Positions 13,160 through 26,743 of a DNA stretch of 64,000 bases are shown here, piece by piece (the stretch's first letter is position 1; the number at the start of each line of letters is the position of its first letter). The stretch is from Phoronis australis. Taxonomy: Eukaryota > Animalia > Phoronida. A model generated the notes under the pieces. That model had not been told where the DNA came from. It saw only the letters and a list, made by a program, of their open reading frames with translations, and made no database searches. The stretch covers positions 465,894 to 529,893 of the forward strand of contig NMRA01000262.1 in assembly GCA_002633005.1 (NCBI GenBank), given 5' to 3'. Made by a program: the position numbers and the translations under genes.

Positions 13160-13822
13160 GAATTGACTATCGCTGTAACTGCTGATTATCTTCACTGCAA
13201 CTCAACTGTAATCTCCCGATTAACTTTCCTGAACTCACCGATTAACTGACTTGATCTCCCGACTTGATCTTATCTTGAACTCAACTGTAGTTCTCTTGAT
13301 TAACTTGCTTGAACTTACTTGATCTCTCGACTTGATCTTCTTGGACTCAACTGACTTAATGTTCTTGGACTCAAGTGACTTAATCTTCTTGGACTCAACT
13401 GACTTAATGTTCTTGGACTCAAGTGACTTAATCTTCTTGGACTCAAGTGACTTAATCTGCCTAACACAAACCCGTGCTTGTGTATTTATAGCCTAATGCA
13501 TTATTCTAGAATTTTTCATCAATTCAAGCACATACCAGGAATTTCTGGAACCTACCCAATCATTCTACAAACATGTACTAGTCTCTAGAATATTCCAAAC
13601 TGCATTAATCACTGTCATGCTAGAGTCTTCTAGAAAGTTCCGCACTATACTGCAGTAAACAAATTACATCATCACTATTCTGACCTCAGTCTTCTAGAAA
13701 GTTCCACACTATTTTGTAGTAAACAAATTACGTCATCACTGTACTTAACTCAGGGGTCATGCCAATCAAACAGAACAACAAAACAAAACAAACTAAAAAT
13801 ACTGTCAGACTATATTCTGACA
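13160..13822 (-). mobile_element. LTR-like fragment with internal ~25-bp tandem repeats
   Basis: Minus strand starts TGTCAGAATA, as does the solo LTR at 21122. Contains ttctagaa repeats, a TATA-like ctataaata and (cttcttggactcaagtgacttaat)-type repeats at ~13340-13460. Other end not resolved. Confidence 0.55.
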
Positions 13823-13999
13823 CTGTGGTATTGGTCTCTTTCAGTTACAGTAGCTGGTTTACTCCAGTTGTTAGATGTTGTCGTAGATCGATGTCAAAAA
13901 CAACTTGTCACGATCATAGGTGACCCATGGGCGGCGCAGAACTGAAAAGGTGGGGCTATAGCCCCCAGACCCCTATTGTGCGCCGCCCATGTGACCTAC

Positions 14000-14910
14000 T
14001 CCAAACTATGAAGACAGGCACTCAAACCGACGCCGTGGTGCTGGACTTCTCCAAAGCTTTTAATAAAGCATCCAAGACTTGGAGATGATCAGATACTACA
14101 GTGTAAGGGGTCTCACCCACAATTGGACCCAGTCATTCCTATCTCATATCACGCAGAGAGTCGTCGATGGCATCGAGTGCCTCACGGCTCTGTCGTCGCT
14201 CCTGCACTCTTCGTACTCTATTAACAACCTTCCACACTTCATTCTTTCAAATGTCTTTCTCTTTGTCGATGATGCAGTCCTCTGTAGACCTATTGCTTAC
14301 CCCCATGATTGCCAAATACACCAGAAAGACTTAGACTCCTTAGCCTCCAGGGAAAAATCCTGGAAATTGGACTTCAACGTTTCCAAATGCAATATTCTAC
14401 GTGTCCACGGAAAACGTTCCCCCATGATATACAATTACATTTTTCACAACGCATTGCTCAAATGCATAAATCAAACCCCATACCTTGGGGTCGCTCTTAC
14501 CATTAATTTATCATGGAAAACTCACATAAACACAATTACCTCTACGGCTAACAGATCGAACTCTTGGGTCCATTAAACGCAACCTCAAATACGTTTCTCG
14601 TGAAACAAAAGCTCAAACGAATTATTGTTCCTCTGTCTAGGGTGCCTCCACTCGCTCCAGTATTGACAAGATAGAAAGAATACAGCGTACAGCAGCAGGT
14701 TCTTCATAAATGACCACCTCAGATACTCCTCTGTTTCGTCTATTCTTACCACCCTCACAGGACCCACTCTTCAAGAAAGACGTGCTCAAAATAAGCTGTT
14801 CCTCATGTACAAGACCGTACACTACCTGGTTGCCATTCCCCACACATACCTTCCACCCCTACATGTTTCTGGATCACCTAATTCCCACTCTCATACCATT
14901 AAGAGAATAT
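14000..14910 (+). mobile_element. Degraded CR1/L2-type reverse transcriptase fragment
   Basis: QTDAVVLDFSKAF (~14022-14060), LFVDDAVL (YADD box), QKDLDSLASREKSWKLDFNVSKC, YLGVALTINLSWKTHI. Deletions and frameshifts. Confidence 0.85.
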
Positions 14911-15579
14911 ACACTCCATGCGCGCACCCAATGGTGAGCCCCTTCCTTTGGCGAAGTGGGCAAAACGGTCTGCCTCACTTAAAAGGCGCAAATGCACAAT
15001 TCATAGATGTGAAAGTGGTCCCCCGTTTTATGTTAGTAAGAGGTCCACAGTCTCAAGACTTCGAGCACCCTATATTTTAGGTTGGGTGCACACATGCTAC
15101 ACAACCCCTACTGGAACTGAACATAGAACAATCGCTGATTTGCAGGACTAACGAGTCGGGTCGTAAGCTCTACTGTGTTTTCCCTGTTTTGCAATTAAAA
15201 GAGTCGATTCAGTTTGAAAGCCAAAAACAGAAAAAAACAACGCGACCAGATCAAACCCAAGACCTACTAAAGTTACAAATATCGTTCCCAGCAAAGTCTA
15301 GTCGCCTCGTCTGCAAATTCAACCTCTTTGAGAGAGTACGCGGAATTGACGAATATTCATTTATTCAGTAAATACAGTTTTAAAAAACAAAATGTTAACT
15401 AGAATGTTTCTCAACGTTACACGAGGTATATTGTAAACGATTACACAACAGAAAGCAAACAATAAAATTTGAAAATGCGTCCATTCACGTTGGCGTTCTC
15501 TCTCCATAAGTTCAGTAGAAAAGGGCAACATCACTAGAAGACAGCACATTCAAATGTTGATCCGTACCTGTTGTAGTGT

Positions 15580-15900
15580 GTCACTCAGACCTCGCAGAGT
15601 CCCACTGGGCAAGCAGATCTTCATCATCGTAAACTTTTCGGGCGGGACGGACTACGTCATCATCTAGGATCAGGTCTAACACCACCTGATTTTCTTGACT
15701 GAGTCCTACCTCCTTTGTCCTCCACCGGTTTCCTTTGCAGCTGTTTCAGTGTTGAAAATTCCTTTTGGCCTTCGTTTTTAAGCGTTTCCAAAAGTCTTTT
15801 AACTGTTTATCGTTGCGTTTTTCTGTGGCAACTGTGCTGCCAACCTGAACCCAATGTCCCTCAAGCATGTTACCTCAGTTGGTATCACTTTTCTGGTTCT
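15580..15900 (-). pseudogene. Myb/SANT-like DNA-binding remnant (PIF/Harbinger accessory ORF type)
   Basis: VATEKRNDKQLKDFWKRLKTKAKR, then frameshifted KETGGG, the typical Myb_DNA-bind_5 ending. Interrupted by a stop. Confidence 0.55.
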
Positions 15901-15924
15901 CTTGCCCGTTAAAGCAGTTTAAGC

Positions 15925-16464
15925 GAAAAACAATATAATAAACTCATTTTCTTGCGTAGTTCTCCGCCTTTTGTAACAGAAAAGTATGTCGTCGCTTTGA
16001 AATCAGTAACGGTCAAGACACACGCACGCGCCATTTCCTAAATGTTTGCGACATCTCTCGGTAGATGATGACAGCTTGGCAGCAAAAATTGTTTTGAAAT
16101 TCGGTTTGATGGTATCAAAATACTAATAAAAACTTATCATGAAGTGAAAAGAGTCCCGATAATTTGCTGTGACGTGTACGCAAACTTGCGAAAGAACTTG
16201 AATTGATTTACGAGTCAGTGAAAAAAGAATCTGACCAACAGGTGACGCAATAGTTCATGGCACACAAAAGCCGATGAAGATCGCATCACAATTTTAGCAG
16301 TAACGGTCGAACGTCAATTTTTCCATCTCCGGTAAATAATTTACTTTATTCAAGGAAGATTGTAGTTTTCAATGAAACTAGTTTTGTGTCAGATTTTATC
16401 TAGTCATTTTTACCCACATCGGCTCAAAATTGTATATGTAGTATACATCTTTGCGACTAAGGCT
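15925..16464. repeat. Dispersed repeat family (non-autonomous DNA element)
   Basis: Similar to ~17790-18330 (direct) and ~41275-41830 (inverted), e.g. cacgcgccatttcctaa and acccacatcggc. Confidence 0.8.
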
Positions 16465-17549
16465 AAATAAAACTTTCAGCAGTAACACAAAAAATAGCCT
16501 CCTTTTCCCCTTTCGCTGTATCACTGGAATTTTGATAACATGACATTACCTCAATTATTTTTCTCTCAGACAAAATGACGTTAGTGTCGTTTGCAGCTTC
16601 CTGCATGATAGCCTTTCCTACAGAAGTACTGACGTGCGTTGTTGCGGCTAGTAACCTCAAGTTATTTTTCATCCGCCGATGCTGCATTTGGAACACTAAT
16701 CATCATAGATGCCAAAGGCTTCTAAGTTTGGATCACGGCTCGGAGAACATTCCTGAATTCTTGGAAACGAGAGTTAAATCCGTTGATGATGAAAACGCGT
16801 TATGGCTTACTCTGGCTCACCTTCCGGTCATGGCAACCGTAAATTTGTTGTTCAAATAGTTGGGATAACATAGCCAAATTTCTAGAAAGCAGAATCAGTT
16901 TCATAGTTTTACTCTAAGATTTTTCAACAAGAATTAGTGCAAAATGAAGTGCACGTGCTGGCCACGTGTAAATAATTTTTCTCTTGGTGTTCTAAACTCT
17001 GGTAGCGCAAATTTAAGAAACCCTCTCTCTTCATTTCCCTTTTCAAATATGATTCAGTGTTGCTATTCTGTAGCGGGTATGTCATGTCTCGGTTCACGTT
17101 GGAAATATTTGCAACACGTTGAATGTTTTTTTTTAATAATTGAAAAATAACCACCGCACGGGATAAATGAGTGTGCATACGTGCGCGATCTCGGTATTTA
17201 TAAAACTGCTGGTGTATTTTTATTCTAAAAACCCGTTCATGCGATTAGTATTTGCAGATTAGAGAGGTTTCGCAAAGCGACGTGAACGTGATTTATGACA
17301 CATACGTATCTGCGCGTGCCGATTCACGTTACAGTAACAAAAATGGGTTTCGCAACAGCTAAATTTTTACGCGAACGTAAAGGCAAATGTGAACGAATAA
17401 CTGAATTGAGGGTGTTCATTTATCGTAGTACATATCCGCTAGATAGAAGTAGATGTTAGATGTGAAAAAAGTCGTTCCTATGAACTCGTGCAAAAAATGG
17501 TCAGTTCTTAGAATGCGAAATTTATTTGGAGTTCAAAATAAATAGATGC

Positions 17550-18330
17550 ATGAAAATCTAGCCAGCCAGCTGGCTGTATGAAGACTGTCGTCAAAATACA
17601 GCTAGGTACCACTGTGTGTATTTCTTCCGTAGACCCCGAAATTGCTCACAGCCAGGGTAGTTCTGCTCGTCACCTCGCCGTGAAACTTGTATCAACATGT
17701 AAAACTAAAGACCGGACGGGGTGCATGCAAAATCTGGGAATCAACCGACACTGACCTTGCCCGTTAGAGCCGTTTAAGGGAAAAACAATGCAATAACCGT
17801 CATTTTCTTGCGTAACTCTCCGCTTATTCTAACAATTAAAAGTATGTTGTCGTTTTGAAAACAGTACCCTCGTGTCACGCGCACGCGCCATTTCCTAACT
17901 TTTTGCGACATCTCTCGGGAGATGATGATAGCTTCGAAGCAGCAAAATTTCTTCTGAAATTCGGTTTGATCGTATTAAAGTACTAAAAACTTGTAGCTAA
18001 ATGAAACCAGTTTCGATAATTTGTTCTAACATCTACGCAACCTCGTGGAAGAAGAACAGTTGATTGAAGAATCTGCGAAAAAAGAAACTGGCCAATAGGT
18101 GAAGCAACATTTCATGGCGCCGAAAGCCGTCGCTAAAGATCGCTCCACACCTTTAGCAGCAGAATATTGGTAGAACGCCAATTTTTCCAACACCGTTTAA
18201 TAATTTAGTCTACTCAAGGAAGACCGTACTTTTTAATGACACTAATTTTGTGTCACATTTTATCTGACCACTTTTTTACCCACATCGGCACAAAGCTGTA
18301 TATTTAGTATACAGCTTTGTACCAAGGCTA
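17550..18330. repeat. Second copy of the 15925-16464 repeat family
   Basis: Colinear similarity to 15925-16464 and to the reverse complement of ~41210-42035. Confidence 0.8.
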
Positions 18331-19074
18331 ATGAAAATTATGCATGTAAAATTTTTAAAAACACAACAATCCAGTCTAGTTTGATGATGTCCAGCTAACC
18401 CAGGCAGAATAACAATTTTGGAAAAAGTGCTTTCTTGCAACTAAACTTTAAGAACATTTATAGACAAAAGAATCCTGCTCATTTTATACTTAAGCAAAGA
18501 AAAAAGATTGAGAACCTGTGAAAATAATTTTTTCGATGTCTTACCTCATAGAGAGATTTCACAAAGCGACGTGTACGGGAATTATCACGCGTTATAATAC
18601 CGCGTCATACATGCCATTGTTGGCTGTGACGTGATCTCCATAGTGTTTGAGTATTTTCCTATACAGGGTGTATATATATTCTACATTTCGTGAAACAATA
18701 GTATTCTTGAGAGGATCTGGATCGTCTTATTTAGTTTCAGATTAATTTTTTACGTTACTTATCATCATCTTAGCTGAAGCATCCATCAATTGGTAACATG
18801 AATGGAAGAAAGTTTAATCAAGCAAAGACTACACTGGACAGATATCAACATCATTTTAATTCTCTGTCGAACTTCAAGAAGAACAACTGTTACCCCGAAG
18901 GAATGGAACTCAAAAAGACCCCGGCAATAGAATGTAAAAAAAAGTTTCAAATCAAATGGAATATCCATTCTTGTTGTTCTATTTTCCTATATATATTATA
19001 CATTTCGAGAAACAATATTATCCTTGAGAGGATCTGGATTGCCTTATTTAGTTTCAGATTTATTTTCTACAGTA

Positions 19075-19760
19075 TTTTACAGGAATACAGGGAGATTCGG
19101 GTCACTTTAAACGCGAAACCTATGGCCTCATTTAATTCTTATTTTGGTTACCACTTGTTAGTGAGTATAATGTTCCAAGTCAAAGGATCCCGACGACATG
19201 TACACCGCATTTAAACTGGAGATCGCCGATTTACGAGAGAGAGCAAATGACATATAAATTTTACTGAAATAAAAATGTCGTTTATATTGCAGTTTTGCGT
19301 CTTATTCTTCACTGCGTATATTTATGCTGGTACAATGTGGTTTGTTGAACATGCGATTATTGCGCGTCCTCGTTTAAATTTCACGTACACTGACTTCCCC
19401 TGTTGGATGGCGCAGCGCTTAAATCGACGATTCGAAATTCTAGCGAAGCGAGTGCGAATCCGGCCTCGGGTTCCCGCCAAAATGTTATTTAATGAGTTCC
19501 CACCATGCATTTTCAGTTTCCTAATATGAAATGAATGCCATAAAGTCTAACAAAATAACTTGTTTTTATGCCAAATAGTCGCGATTTTTTTAATTTTGAA
19601 GAAAAATTAGTTATTTCCAAGTTTCTCACCAAATGATGTAAGAGGTGAAAGACGTTGGGTCACTTGACAATTAGTTGCATTGGCGAAACGCAGCAGATTG
19701 GAAAACGAGGACGATTTTGAGCGAGAGCTAAACAATTATTATGCAAAGTAGAAACATAAG
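19075..19760. repeat. Dispersed repeat with degenerate tRNA-like core
   Basis: Shares sequence with ~48900-49250 and ~26765-27030. Core tggcgcagcgc...gtgcgaatcc is a degenerate A/B box pair. Confidence 0.6.
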
Positions 19761-21121
19761 TAACGGTCCACGGATCCACCGACCACAGTACAGCCAACAA
19801 GCGGGAAGGTTGGGGGTCAGCCATTCAGAATCACGTTTGCTCTAAAAATCACATTAGGGTTGAGAGAAATTGTGTGAAATATGACACCACAGTTTGGTGG
19901 TTTTGAAGATACCAGGGTAGTCTTCTGGGAGGGCAAAATGAGACAATTTCTCGGTGCAGAATAGGCCGTTTTTAACTACATTGTCTACTGCAGTTTTTGC
20001 TTCAAACCAAACTTTTTCTGAATAATTTTGAAATCACGTGATAAGTTAATGACCTATGTGAGCAAAAAAGGCACAGACACTAAAATATCGGATACCAAGG
20101 TAACACAGGAACTGTTTCAGAGGAGGTACATTTCATGCTTGTGAAAAACCAGCAGTAAGTTATATCCTTATAGCGAAGCTGCCCGCACGAGAAACCTGTA
20201 AATACAAGAGAAAATTGCATGTAGAACACTCCATGCCTTTGAAAGTAATAAACACAAACTTTGTCATCGCTTCACGAAGGCTTGAGAAAAGGTGTCTGCA
20301 TTTTACTATTTTCAGACTGCACATTTGTGTACTTGTGTTAAAACAGTCACTAATTGTGCGCCGTTTGTACGCATTAAAATGCCGCAGTATAATACAATTA
20401 ACAAAATTGATTTGCTTACATGTTTTAAATTAACACAAAAAGTTACCAATAAAATATGAAATTATACTGGATTTCTTCATCCAACTCATTGAATACCAAA
20501 CTAAAGCAATAATGCGTTAGTTGAATGACGGCTGGTCTTAAGTGCAGGTTTGCGAATTTATTTGACACTGCCAGCCGCATCAAATGTGGTATTATTTACA
20601 AATTACCGAGAGAAACAACTTTGAAAGCTCTTGGGAAATGCAAAAGGAATATAGCGAGACATTTGAGAACCTTAAAAGTGAGGGGATTTGATATGAAGAG
20701 GTGGAACGTGTCCTCTCGCGAAGTAGTATGTCTGCCTGGGGTGCAGGTGTGCAGCAGGAGATAGAAAATCTAGGGGATTGACTTGCCGAATCATCGTCTC
20801 AACTCTTTGCATGTATTGGCGTCGTCAAAGACACTGAGTACATCCACTGCACGCTGGAGGGGAAATTCGACAGAGTTATGAAAAATGACCAAAGATGTAA
20901 AATCAAGATTCGACGTACTGATCCGTGTGAACTCAAGTAGGAATCACTCCAGGGTCTGACCCTGAGGAATATTTTAGGAGCACGTCATACGCGCATCAGT
21001 ACTTTTTTGACGCTCTGTCATTGCTTACAACTCGGGCCTTATTGCTTAACCATGGCTTATTTCAAATGTCTTGAAGTATATGCAGTGTATACAGATTGTT
21101 AAAAATCGACATCACGACTGC

Positions 21122-21858
21122 TGTCAGAATAAATATTGATTAAGTAATTAGTAAGAATAGATCCATTTTAAGTTGCCCAAAATTTGTGCAGATGTACTTT
21201 TAAATCATGGGGTCAGACTTGTTGACATGTATTTTAACGTCAAAATCTATTTTTAGATGGTGTTTACAACTTTGGGTTCTGGGGTCAAAGGTACTCTAGA
21301 GATTCTAGAATATTCTGAGAACAAATTGTAGCAGCCAATAATACGAGTGGATATGATCATGTGGTTTTTATTAGCCAACCACTAAATAAGTAGAATGTTA
21401 TATTATGGGCTGAAATCAACAAGATAATTAGATGCGCTATAGTAGTTGAAGCATAAAGACATGCAACGGTGTACTGAAGCAATTGTATGACAGAGCCATC
21501 TCGTGGAAGATTCTAGAAAGGATCTTGGCAAGGGCAAGGGTTAACGAACAGGAAGTTAACTTGTCACTTGCATTGTGGGTAGTAAGATACTACCTGAAGT
21601 GTTGCGTCATCAGCCAGAGACTGTGACCAGCTTGGAAAGCAGATAAGACATTTGATCGTTTTGGTTCTTTGATTAAAGTAATCTTTAAAGAGGGCGCTAG
21701 CGTAGTTAATCTTTGTAGTTGATTACTTAATTCATAATAGGTTTCACTGGTCTAATTAGGGGTTGTCATATAATAAATTAATTACTGGATTTGATTATTC
21801 ACTCTCCATCTCAAAGCATAGCTACCTTTTAAACAAACCCACTGTCAATCATCTGACA
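21122..21858 (+). mobile_element. Solo LTR
   Basis: TGTCAGA...TCTGACA termini, exact 5-bp TSD ACTGC (21117-21121 and 21859-21863), AATAAA at ~21772. Confidence 0.85.
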
Positions 21859-23549
21859 ACTGCCGTGAGGAACAACTGATCAAAATGAATGTCATACCAA
21901 CAGTGTTGGCAATATCCTGTCTGTGAAAACTTATGTTTGGTTAAGTTCATCAGTTTTGTTATGCGGGTAGGATTGCAATAGGCCGTTGGTTGTAGGGGTC
22001 GAGGTGGTTTTAAAGCAATCCGATAAAATCCTTTATCAAAGGACGATATAGATGTCTGCAATACAAAAATGAAAATGATCAAAATAACACGGTACATTTA
22101 AAATTGGTCGCTATAGGGACACTGTTTGGACTTGGTCAGCCATCTAAGATGACGCGAAGCCTTGAGTTCAGAAGTGCTCATAACTTATTTTCAACAATAT
22201 TCGCTTTCAAAACACATTGACACATGTCTTTGTCTAGTAAAATGTACGATTCTAGAGTTTTCACTAGTGTTCATAATCTGTGGGAGCACCGACAACGTGG
22301 CGACTTCTGTTTAACTGATGGGCCTGTTCAACCTGTTTCTTTGGCATAGATGAAGATTTAAGTAGGACACATTTGTAGACACGTTCCTAAAAAATAATTT
22401 AATACATTATTTTATTGTCCGGTGTTTGTGCTAATATTATGAGCAACATTTTATTTGTTTCAATGTCAACTGCGCATTCAATTGACCTTGCACACGGCTC
22501 AAAAACTTGCTTGAAATTGTTTTTAACTCATCTTTTGTTGAAAGCCAAGTTTTCTCCAAAGTGTGATTACGTGTAACAATAGAAAACATATTTTTCTAAA
22601 TTTTATGTCATATTTTTTATTCAAAATATGTAAAGTTTTACTGTCTACTTTCTTATGTCAAAGCAAGAAAAAACGAAGAATGTTAAATCGTTTAGAGAAA
22701 TGGGTTATATTTAGATTGTGAAGTGTGAAGCTCCTCGAATCCTACGTTTTTACATCCTTATTATTGTTAATTATCATGCTTGTCAAATATTAGTTTAATG
22801 AGTTGCGTTTCATACTATAGTACTCAGTCGCCATGGTGACGCAATTGTGTGTCCACTTTTGCTGGCGATTCTACATGTGTAACAGAAATGTTGTAAAACA
22901 TGTTCTAAGTTACTTATTGTGCCAAAGGTTGTTAGGATCATTTTGGCTTACATGTTAATTTTCTATACCGCGATCACTTCACTATCTTGAAATTTTGAAG
23001 CCCATTCTTCCATTATGTTTTGACATATTGCCTCTTATGATAAGTGTAACAAGTGACGAAATCGGTTTTGTGTGAAAACTAGCAAAATAATGGCATTTGT
23101 AAAAATGTTAAGTCTCAGATTAAAATGATTTTGTTTATTCAATGTAACGATTGTCAGACAGTGTAAACGTTGCCGACGCACAAAAAGTAAAAGCTGACTG
23201 GGGGCACCTGTTAGACACATGGGCTGTCTTCAGTTCCAAATGTTACAACTGTCTCTGGTAGGCCAGCACAAGTTAGAATCATTCAAAAGCATGTATGATG
23301 TACCGTCGCCTCACCAAACAAATCTAGTTACGCAAACTGTCACATGTCAGTTGTAGTGAAATCGTCTAAAATCATCGTAGAAAAACGTGCAAAAACTGAT
23401 GAAGTCCCCTTTTTATGTGGTTACGAGACACGTCTGCAGACTCTCCGTAGCCAAGAACTGCACAATACGTGATGGAATATCAATTTCATCGGCTGTTTTA
23501 ATATTTTATTCCCGTAGTCACACAGCAATGTGATGAAATTCAGTATTTG

Positions 23550-23805
23550 AAATCACCAGCACCTCGCCAACTTTCTCAACGGTAAGTCAGCTTCACATCG
23601 TGTTTGGAGGTAAAATCACCAGCACTTCGCCAACTTTCTCAACGGTAAGTCAGCTTCACATCGTGTTTGGAGGTAAAATCACCAGCACCTCGCCAACTTT
23701 CTCAACGGTAAGTCAGCTTCACATCGTGTTTGGAGGTAAAATCACCAGCACCTCGCCAACTTTCTCAACGGTAAGTCAGCTTCACATCGTGTTTGGAGGT
23801 AAAAT
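23550..23805. repeat. 63-bp tandem repeat x4
   Basis: Unit aaatcaccagcacctcgccaactttctcaacggtaagtcagcttcacatcgtgtttggaggta, near-identical copies. Confidence 0.95.
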
Positions 23806-26387
23806 TCATGTGGAAGGATAGTTTAAAAAGAAAGTCGTATTTGAATATAAAACGTTGGTGGGAGTTAAGTCGAGATTGGAAGTTTTAATGTGAACAATTC
23901 GCTGGCAAGCGTTAAGCTCAACATAGACGTTACTGCGGACGGTGTCAAAATTCAATTTGCAGGTGTGACCAAACAAATGTTGTATATTTAACATTCACTG
24001 TCGGCTTTCACAAAACAAATAAAACGCATGGCATCACACGTCTTTGTCAATAGATTTACTGTCCTTGATTATTCCTGATGCAGATTAAATAAAATTAGTA
24101 AGTGCTTAAATATGAGATTTCATGATATCATTGAAAGATCAAAAGCATAACCCGTCACCTAGATAAGGGCCTCGTATATAAAGAGTTACAGCGCAATAAA
24201 GTCAAAAGATGAAGTGGGAACAACACAAATTATGAAGTGCGTAGCTAGTTGGTATGCTTGGACACGTTATTTTGAAGAACACCCATAATAGTTTCATGCA
24301 ACGTGGCGTTTCATTTTATGCACCGGTGCGCATGGTGTAAAAGCCTAACGAATTTCAGTTTTTTACAAACGCATAAAACACCTCTCACACAAGTAAAGAT
24401 TAAGTTGAGACCAATTTTACGCCGCAAGAGGTCTAAAACGCTGAACTGTTGTGACGTTATGTTTTGTCGCACAAAACATACGTTGTCGCTCGGACGACAA
24501 TGTATGCAGAATGCGGTCATAATTGTGACAATAAACGCGAGTTTATTCCTTCTTGAGACATTGTGGTGCTCTGTTGAATGAATGACTGTCACACTCTAAG
24601 TGTATTTAATGCCGCATTTCGAGTAGACTCCAAACCTACATGAATCTGAGAATCGTGCTCGAGGTGCTTTGGCCTTCTGTGTGGTGTCAAATGCAGAATC
24701 ACGCTCAGTTGCGCTTATTTTAGTGCCCTCTAGTAACAGAACCTAGCAACTACATATCGTCTGCTGTCACTGTAAGTCAACTACTATATGGCAAGGTATC
24801 TGTTATGTAACTGTTACTCATTTATTTTTTCATTTACATTACGAAATTCTTATACCAAAAAGTTTATAGACTTCTTGATATATTTGTTAATTAAGTTTTA
24901 CTTCCTGCCTATCTGACCAGAGCCCGGTCTCTAATTTCCGTACTGACACTTCATACTCATAAACTATCAAAAATGAGCCAAATCACGGGAAAATTGGGTG
25001 TCGATCAGCCACGTTTTAAGAATCCAAACTGCACTGAAGGGTGCCTGAACTTCCTGCTGAATTCCTACTTCCTGATTGCAAGCAGTAAAGGTTTAAGAAA
25101 AGCCACAACTGAGCAACAATTTGGTCAAGGGGTCGCCAGTTGGGATTAAACGTTTCACTCAGAGCAAACTCAAAAATCAACCAAATGTCAACCGTAGCCT
25201 TCATATGCAGCACAAACCAACCCAACAGGCGTCAATCTGTATTCATGTTATGCGGCTCTAAAAAACTGCTGAGTGCCAATGCACGACTGATACACTGTGC
25301 TTTCCACTCGCGTGATGTTGTTATCTCATTTTTCTTTTCCGAAACTAGGTTACAGGAATTCTCTTTTCGTTTACGGTTTTAACTGCGCAAAACTCAAGTA
25401 AGCTCCGTCTTCTTCTAAATTCCTCATTGTATTTTGACGTAGGTAAAGTCCACTGGCGATTTTATGACATGTTCAATTGTCTAAAACTTGTTTTTTCGTA
25501 GTTTAAATTATTAAAGTTCGTTTCGACCACGATGTGAATCTAGTGGTGAGAAGTGTATTTCATGACCTCTGCACTTAAGTTGCTTAGGGTCAACAGAAAG
25601 AGTGAGCATTAACAAAGATTATCCGCATATATTCATTAATGGAGCACAGGTTCACGGACAACTTCAGCAACATGTTGAGTAGTTTTTATTTCCTTTTTGT
25701 TCTCAAAACGACATTACATATACGAAATTGAATGTGTGATAACTATGGAACTCAACCAATATGGCAATGTCGTCACAACTTGCGGTCCACATCAATTCTA
25801 AGCAAAGTCACCAGGGAGTTCACGGCGGCTGACGTCACTGTCGTCAAAGGTTCCTAAAATTGTAAAAGATATGCACTCAAGAAGAAACGTATAGTGGACC
25901 ATAACTTACAATTGATAACTAACCCAATTTTCAGTTTATCTCAACACTTCTCATAGAATTGTTTACATTTGTTTTCAAACTCAATGCAGAACCATGTTTG
26001 CAAAGCCTTGTGTTATGTCATGGTGTTTAAAAATATCCATGTTTACATAGCGGGGAATCCTTTCCAAAATGTTATTCGTTGTTCCACACGTTTGTGTCGT
26101 GGGTTTTGGAACTGCCTTAAAATAAGTCTAATTGAACTGACCTCTTGGAAATACACGGATAAGTCACCTTGCAGTGAATTTTGAGAGCGTGTACTTTAAA
26201 TTCCAGGGAACACGGGACCTGGATCACGAATATTATTTATTGCAAAGTCGTCACTAGGACACTAGGAAAGTGTCACTTAGTAGATAGTTTAAACATGTTC
26301 TAATGTTTGATTTGACTGAGTTGTTCAGAGAAAGAGCGATTTTTAATCTAAAAATTCTACATGTCTGGAAATTTTTCACTGGCATTC

Positions 26388-26743
26388 ATGTGTGACACTA
26401 GATACTCAATGTGTGACACTAGATACTCAATGTGTGGCACTAGATACTCAATGTGTGGCACTAGGTACTCTTCTTCTTCGTCTTCTTCTTCAGCGTTCCC
26501 GGCCATGTAGCTTAGATAGTCTAGTCTTTTGGGCGAAGTCTGCAGTTCGCCGCAGTGATGCCGTCGGGCCCCACAGTTTTACCTTGAGTTCCACCGGACT
26601 GAGCCATGTACTCGATGTGTGGCACTAGATACTCAATGTGTGGCACTAGATACTCGATGTGTGGCACTAGATACTCGATGAGTGGCACTAAGGTACTCGA
26701 TGTGTGGCACTAGATACTCGACGTGTGGCTCTAGATACTCAAT
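26388..26743. repeat. 21-bp minisatellite interrupted by a LINE 3' end
   Basis: (atgtgtggcactagatactca)n on both sides of the insert at 26471-26607. Confidence 0.9.
26471..26607 (-). mobile_element. 5'-truncated non-LTR retrotransposon 3' end (I/Ingi-like) with (GAA)n tail
   Basis: Minus strand reads PVELKVKLWGPTASLRRTADFAQK, then a gaagaagaagacgaagaagaa tail. TSD gtactc at 26465-26470 and 26608-26613. Confidence 0.75.

Noticed and set aside
23550-23805. Regular repeat resembling a CRISPR array or a repeat protein (ORF 23600-23821)
   Set aside because: Units are contiguous with no unique spacers, there are no cas genes and the context is eukaryotic. The ORF is a by-product of the 63-bp period.
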